Source: Myxococcota bacterium
GTDB taxonomy: Bacteria; Myxococcota_A; Polyangia; Nannocystales; Nannocystaceae
Assembly (NCBI GenBank): GCA_039028615.1
Contig: JBCCHT010000032.1
Coordinates: 32,001 to 96,000 of the forward strand
Direction: 5' to 3'
Length of the DNA stretch: 64,000 nucleotides
The notes beneath the pieces were generated by a model, which worked only from the letters and a program-made list of their open reading frames with translations, did not search any database and was not told where the DNA came from. Shown here one piece after another: positions 58,758 to 64,000 of this stretch. The first letter of the stretch is position 1; each line of letters begins with the position of its first letter. The position numbers and the translations under genes were made by a program.

Positions 58758-60146
58758 ATGACCGACATCGTCAGTCCCATCGACGACCAGGCCGTCTACA
58801 CCTTCCGCGAGCTCACGGAAGACGAAGCGCGACAGCGGCTGGCCACGGCGGCCGAGGTGCAGAAGCAGTGGGCCCAGGTTCCGCTGTCGCAGCGCCTCGA
58901 GGTCTGCCGCGGGATGCTCGATCGCTACGCCGAGTTCGAAGAGGACTACGCCGAGCAGATCAGCCGCATGATGGGCAAGCCTATCGGTCAGGCCCGCGGG
59001 GAGTTCCGCGGACCCATGCGCGAGCGGACCTTGAAGCTGTGCGAGCTGGCCGAGGCTGCGCTCGCCGACGAGACGCTCCCCGCCAAGACCGGCTTCCATC
59101 GCTTCATCCGTCGCGAGCCGGTCGGCACCGTGCTCGATATCGCGGCCTGGAACTACCCGCTCATCATCCCGATCAACGTGGTGGTGCCGGCCGTGCTCGG
59201 CGGCAACGCGGTCATGATCAAGCACGCCTACCAGACCGCGCTGGTGGCCGATCAGCTCGAGCAGGCGTTCACCTCGGCCGGGGCCCCCGAGGGCTTGGTG
59301 CAGGCGCTCCCCGTGGGGCACGTGACGGTGGCCGAGCTCATCGCGCGCCGCAGCTTCGGGTTCGTGGCCTTCACCGGCTCGGTTCGTGGCGGCCACGAGG
59401 TCTACCGCACGGTGGCCCGCGACAACTTCATCGGTGTCGGCCTGGAGCTGGGCGGCAAGGACCCGGCCATCGTCCTGCCCGATTGCGACTTCGAGCACGC
59501 GATCGAGTCGCTGGTGGACGGCGCGTTCTTCAACGCGGGCCAGAGCTGCTGCGGCATCGAGCGCATCTACGTGCACGGCGACATCTACGACCGCTTCGTC
59601 GAGGCCTACGTGGCCAAGACCCGCGAGCAGGTGGTGGGCAACCCCCTCGAGGCGGGCACGACCATGGGCCCGGTGGTCAACGCGGCCGCGGCCGAGCGCA
59701 TCTCCGGCCACATCGAGCAGGCCGTGGCGCGCGGGGCCACCATCCGCTGTGGCGCCAGCGACTTCGAGGTGCCCGACCTCAGCAGCTGCTACCTCGCGCC
59801 GCACGTGTTGGTCGACGTCGACCACGAGATGGACGTGATGACCGAAGAGACCTTCGGCCCGGTGGTCGGCATCATGAAGGTCGGCGACGAGGCCGAGGCC
59901 CTGCGACTGGCCAACGACTCCGAGTACGGCCTCACCGCGTCGGTGTGGACGGCGGACCAGCGGCGCGGCATGGCGCTGATGCAGCAGCTCGACGCGGGCA
60001 CCGTGTATCTCAACCGCTGTGACTATCTCGACCCCGGCCTGGCCTGGACCGGGGTCAAGGACTCGGGGCACGGCGCCTCGTTGTCCTCGCTGGGATTCCA
60101 GTCCGTGACCCGTCCCAAGAGCTTCCACCTGCGTACGGAGACCTGA
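58758..60146 (+). CDS. Aldehyde dehydrogenase
   Basis: AWNYP, FTGS, LELGGKDP, NAGQSCC, EETFGP, YGLTAS. Confidence 0.95.
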   Translation: MTDIVSPIDDQAVYTFRELTEDEARQRLATAAEVQKQWAQVPLSQRLEVCRGMLDRYAEFEEDYAEQISRMMGKPIGQARGEFRGPMRERTLKLCELAEAALADETLPAKTGFHRFIRREPVGTVLDIAAWNYPLIIPINVVVPAVLGGNAVMIKHAYQTALVADQLEQAFTSAGAPEGLVQALPVGHVTVAELIARRSFGFVAFTGSVRGGHEVYRTVARDNFIGVGLELGGKDPAIVLPDCDFEHAIESLVDGAFFNAGQSCCGIERIYVHGDIYDRFVEAYVAKTREQVVGNPLEAGTTMGPVVNAAAAERISGHIEQAVARGATIRCGASDFEVPDLSSCYLAPHVLVDVDHEMDVMTEETFGPVVGIMKVGDEAEALRLANDSEYGLTASVWTADQRRGMALMQQLDAGTVYLNRCDYLDPGLAWTGVKDSGHGASLSSLGFQSVTRPKSFHLRTET

Positions 60147-61537
60147 TGAGCGACGAGCCGAGTCCCACCCTCCAACTTCGCACCAGCACCATCGCCGAGC
60201 TGCCCGAGGTCCTCGACCGACACGGCATCAAGCACCACAAGATCGGCATCTTCGATATCGACGGGGTGCTGCGGGGCAAGTACGTCGACCGCAACAAGTT
60301 CCTGTCGGTGATGGACAAGGGCCTCGGCTTCTGTGACGTCGTGCTCGGCTGGGACAGCGCCGATCAGCTCTACGACAACGCCACCGTCTCGGGCTGGCAC
60401 ACCGGCTATCGCGACGCCCCGGTCACCCTCGACCCTCAGACCGCTCGCCTGCTGCCCTTCGAGCCCAACACGGTCATGGTGGTGGGAGGCTTCTCCGGCG
60501 ACTACGAGGCGGTGTGTCCCCGCGGCGTGCTGCGCAAGATGATCGAGCGGGCGGCCGCGCTGGGCTTGGCCCCCAAGGCCGCGCTCGAGTACGAGTTCTT
60601 CGTCTTCAACGAGACGCCCCACAGCGCCCGCGAAAAGGGCTACCGCAACCTCGAGCCGCTGACGCCGGGCATGTTCGGGTACTCGGTGCTGCGCAACAGC
60701 GTGCATCACGAGCTTTACCACGAGCTGCTCGAGACCATGACGGCCATGGATTGCGAGATCGAGGGCCTGCACACCGAGACGGGGCCCGGGGTCATCGAGG
60801 CCGCGCTGCGAGTCGATGAAGCGCTGCGAGCCGCCGACAAGGCCGCGCTGTTCAAGACCTTCACCAAGGTCCTCATGCAGCGTCGCGGGCTCATGGCCAC
60901 GTTCATGGCCAAGTGGAGCAACGACTACCCGGGGCAGAGCGGGCACATCCACGTGTCGCTGTGCGACGAGGAAAGCGGGGCCAACCGCTTCTACGACGAC
61001 AAGGGCGAGCACCAGATGAGCGCGCTGATGCGGCACTTCGTGGCCGGTCAGGTGCGCTACATGCCCGAGCTGCTGCCGATGGTGTGCAGCACGGTCAACG
61101 CGTTCCGACGCCTGGTGCCCGGGATGTGGGCGCCGACCCACGCCAACTGGGGCGTCGAAAATCGTACGACCGCGGTGCGGGCCATCCCCGGGGGCACCAA
61201 GGGCACGCGCTCCGAGTATCGAGTGGGGCCGGCCGACGCCAATCCCTACCTCGCCCTCGCGGCGGCGCTGGGATCGGGCCTGCGGGGCATCGAGCAGAAG
61301 CTCGAGCTGTCGCCGCCGGTCTCGGGCAACGGCTACGAGAACCCGGGCGAGGGCGCAGCCTCGTTGCCCGGCACCCTGCGCGAGGCCACCGAGGCCTTCC
61401 GCGGCTCCGAGGCGGCACGCGAGCTGTTCGGCGACACCTTCGTCGATCACTTCGCCGCCAGCCGCGACTGGGAAGACCGCGAGAATCGCAAGCACGTGAG
61501 CGACTGGGATCTGTCCCGCTACTTCGAGATCATCTGA
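60146..61537 (+). CDS. Glutamine synthetase-like gamma-glutamyl-amine ligase
   Basis: D.DG.LRGK, EYEF, HTETGPG, TFMAK, GQSGHIH, WG.ENRT, EYR..AD.NPY. Confidence 0.92.
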   Translation: MSDEPSPTLQLRTSTIAELPEVLDRHGIKHHKIGIFDIDGVLRGKYVDRNKFLSVMDKGLGFCDVVLGWDSADQLYDNATVSGWHTGYRDAPVTLDPQTARLLPFEPNTVMVVGGFSGDYEAVCPRGVLRKMIERAAALGLAPKAALEYEFFVFNETPHSAREKGYRNLEPLTPGMFGYSVLRNSVHHELYHELLETMTAMDCEIEGLHTETGPGVIEAALRVDEALRAADKAALFKTFTKVLMQRRGLMATFMAKWSNDYPGQSGHIHVSLCDEESGANRFYDDKGEHQMSALMRHFVAGQVRYMPELLPMVCSTVNAFRRLVPGMWAPTHANWGVENRTTAVRAIPGGTKGTRSEYRVGPADANPYLALAAALGSGLRGIEQKLELSPPVSGNGYENPGEGAASLPGTLREATEAFRGSEAARELFGDTFVDHFAASRDWEDRENRKHVSDWDLSRYFEII

Positions 61538-61549
61538 CGGAGCCGAGCC

Positions 61550-62740
61550 ATGAGCGAGACCTCTTCCCCGATTGGCAACTTCAACTATCCGGCCGCCTAT
61601 CGCATCGGGTGTGGGCGTCGCAGCGAGCTGCCCGAGGCCTGCGCGCAGCAGGGCATGGCACGGCCGCTGGTGGTCACCGACCCCGGCGTCGCCAAGCTCG
61701 AGTGGTTTTCCGCCATCGTGCAGGGGCTGCGGGCGGCCAAGCTCGGGGTCGAGGTCTTTGACGCGGTGGCGGCCAATCCCGACGGCGCCACGGTCGAGGC
61801 GGGGCTCGCCGCCTATCGCCAGGGCAACCACGACGGCATCGTGCTCATCGGCGGCGGCTCGGCCATGGACGCGGGCAAGTGCATCGCGCTTCTGGCCGAC
61901 AACCCGGGCACGGTCTTCGACTACGAGGACGTGGGGGACAACTGGACGCGGGCCGACCCCGCCAAGATCGCCCCCATCATCGCCATGCCCACCACTTCGG
62001 GCACGGGGTCCGAGGTCGGTCGCGCCAGCGTCATCGTCGACGCCAGCGATCACAACAAGAAGATCATCTTCCACCCCAAGATGCAGCCCGGCTTCGTGCT
62101 CGCCGACCCCGAGCTGACCTTCGGCCTGCCGCCCTTCATCACCGCGGCCACGGGCATGGACGCGCTGGCCCACTGCTTCGAGGCCTTCTGCGCGCCCGGC
62201 TATCACCCCATGGCCGACGGCATCGCCATCGAGGGCATGCGACTGGTCCGCGAAAACCTCCCGAAGGTGTTCGCCAACGGTCACGACGCCACTGCGCGCA
62301 CGCACATGATGATGGCCGCCTCGATGGGCGCCACCGCCTTCCAGAAGGGCCTGGGCATGGTGCACAGCCTCTCCCATCCCTTGGGCGGAGCGACGGGCAT
62401 CCACCACGGCCTGGCCAACGCGATCTTCATGCCCTACGTCATGGAGTTCAATCGCGACGTCATCGAGGACCGCATGGTCTGGCTGGCGCGGGCGCTCGAC
62501 CTGCCGCGCCCCGGTTTCGACGGGGTCATGGCGTGGATGCTCGAGCTGAGGGCACAGCTGAAGCTGCCGCATACGCTCGAGGGCTCTGCGCCCGGCTTCG
62601 ACGAGGCCATGGCCAAGCGCCTCGCACCGTTGGCGGGCCGCGATCCCTCGCAGGGCACCAACCCCAAGCCGGCCACCGACGCCGAGCTCGAGGCGGTGTT
62701 CCTCCAGGCGTGGCGCGGCGAGCTGGCTTTCTCCGGCTGA
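61550..62740 (+). CDS. Iron-containing alcohol dehydrogenase
   Basis: GGGSAMD.GK, PTTSGTGSE, GMDALAHCFEA, H.LSH, HHGLANA. Confidence 0.95.
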   Translation: MSETSSPIGNFNYPAAYRIGCGRRSELPEACAQQGMARPLVVTDPGVAKLEWFSAIVQGLRAAKLGVEVFDAVAANPDGATVEAGLAAYRQGNHDGIVLIGGGSAMDAGKCIALLADNPGTVFDYEDVGDNWTRADPAKIAPIIAMPTTSGTGSEVGRASVIVDASDHNKKIIFHPKMQPGFVLADPELTFGLPPFITAATGMDALAHCFEAFCAPGYHPMADGIAIEGMRLVRENLPKVFANGHDATARTHMMMAASMGATAFQKGLGMVHSLSHPLGGATGIHHGLANAIFMPYVMEFNRDVIEDRMVWLARALDLPRPGFDGVMAWMLELRAQLKLPHTLEGSAPGFDEAMAKRLAPLAGRDPSQGTNPKPATDAELEAVFLQAWRGELAFSG

Positions 62741-62750
62741 GCCGCGACCG

Positions 62751-63827
62751 TCAGACCATCGGCCGGGACAGCCCCGCCCGGTCGATCGCCTTTTGCGGCG
62801 AGAGGCCGTCTCGCATCAGCTCCAGTGCCTGTGCGATGTCGGGCGTGCTGGGGTCGAGCAGATCGGCGAGCTCGTCGAAGGATCGCGGGTAGCGTTGCGT
62901 CAGCCGTAGGCTGTCGCTGCCTTCGCGGAGCAGCTCCAGCCCGGTCAGCTCGCCGTTGGTGCGCTCTCTTCGGACGCCCCGCAGCTCCCGCCAGGGGATC
63001 TGGATGCTCGGCGACGAGCGTGAGCCGAGCGAGAGGCCTTCGCCGTCCAAGGTCAGGAAGCGATGGGCGAGCCATAGCTTGACGGTGCCGAAGGACAGAA
63101 AACCGAAGGTCCCCACCGCCAGCAGGAGCAGTACGTGGGTGAGCCAGTAGTTCATCGAGACCGCGAGGAACCCGAAGAAGCCGACGATGGCGACGGTGAG
63201 GCCGACGATGAAGATGAAGCTGCTGGGGCTGGCCTCCCACCGCACGGGGCGTTCGAAGCGAGCGGCGCAGAGGCGGGCGAAGTCGCTGCTGGCCTTTGGG
63301 TCGCGAGGGGACTGGCGGTCGAGGTAGTCGAGCAGTCGCTGCTGGATGGTGGAGGCGGTGACGTCGAAGCCGTCGTCGGGGATCTCGAGCACGCCCTGCG
63401 GGGTGGTGATGTGCAGGGCGCTATCGCTGACCCCATTGACCGTGTAGGTGTGGGTCTTGAGCTCCCCAACCGCCGACCACGGCAGCTCGCGGTCGAAGCG
63501 GCGCAGCCACGGCAACAAGATGATCTTCTTGGACCAAGCCACGCGCAGGCCCTTGGGGCGCGCGACGACGAGGTGAGGGATGAACCACGCGTGGACGCCC
63601 CGGGTCGCGGTGAGCACGGCGTAGGGCATGAACAGGAACGAGGCGACGACGAGCAGAGGCGAGACGGACTCGGCTCGGGTGCCGAGCGAGGTGGCGGCGA
63701 CGCAGCCCAGACCGAACACCAATCGGAGGATGCGGGTGTTTCGGCCGCCCTGGGCCAGCACGACGGAGCCCGACTCGTCGCCGGAGGCTCGGTAGGGATC
63801 GGACGAGCCCGCCACGACGACCAGCAT
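62751..63827 (-). CDS. Hypothetical membrane protein with two TM-hairpin plus PH-like beta-domain units
   Basis: Duplicated 2TM followed by 'L.....GL.......(L/I)PW..(V/L)......NG....L'. Start approximate. Confidence 0.65.
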   Translation of the reverse strand: MLVVVAGSSDPYRASGDESGSVVLAQGGRNTRILRLVFGLGCVAATSLGTRAESVSPLLVVASFLFMPYAVLTATRGVHAWFIPHLVVARPKGLRVAWSKKIILLPWLRRFDRELPWSAVGELKTHTYTVNGVSDSALHITTPQGVLEIPDDGFDVTASTIQQRLLDYLDRQSPRDPKASSDFARLCAARFERPVRWEASPSSFIFIVGLTVAIVGFFGFLAVSMNYWLTHVLLLLAVGTFGFLSFGTVKLWLAHRFLTLDGEGLSLGSRSSPSIQIPWRELRGVRRERTNGELTGLELLREGSDSLRLTQRYPRSFDELADLLDPSTPDIAQALELMRDGLSPQKAIDRAGLSRPMV

Positions 63828-64000
63828 ACTGCGACCACCCGGCGCTGGGGTGGGGGCGATGACGCAAATCCTGGTACGGTTGGGGCATGGATACGACGCG
63901 CGGCGCGTCCTCCAGCTCCGACCCTGCAGCCGGCGAAGGCTCGTGGGTGCTGACGCTCGCGTGCTCACCCCGGCTGGAGGCGATTGGAACTTCGTTGTTG

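Overview
High-GC (roughly 70% by eye) bacterial DNA with a myxobacterial signature, most like Nannocystaceae (Plesiocystis/Enhygromyxa-type; inference from gene content). That content includes three complete Hanks-type Ser/Thr kinase-TPR genes, several Cys-rich repeat surface lipoproteins and an ECF sigma factor. About 43 protein genes can be supported. No rRNA, tRNA, CRISPR array or transposase was seen. Two loci stand out. (1) A candidate new RiPP system at 14.8-17.0 kb: an easily missed 72-aa precursor (double-Gly-type leader, W-x-x-W-x-x-W core), a strong stem-loop, and a JmjC/cupin Fe(II)/2OG oxygenase carrying two RRE/PqqD-like domains. It lies divergent from an ECF sigma / anti-sigma / CHAT protease operon that converges on an S8 protease. 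(2) A probable oxylipin operon at 1.3-4.3 kb: a lipoxygenase with the Gly (R-type) Coffa residue, tightly coupled to a small protein that combines a heme-thiolate PCP motif with a caleosin/peroxygenase-like C-terminal half, flanked by a kinase-type gene and an FHA regulator. Other content: a TetR/alkylglycerol-monooxygenase-like operon with visible operators, an atypical class III cyclase, an orphan flavin halogenase, an AbiEii-like pair, a gamma-glutamylation-type GS/ALDH/Fe-ADH operon, and general transport and stress genes. All calls come from reading motifs by eye; no searches were run.
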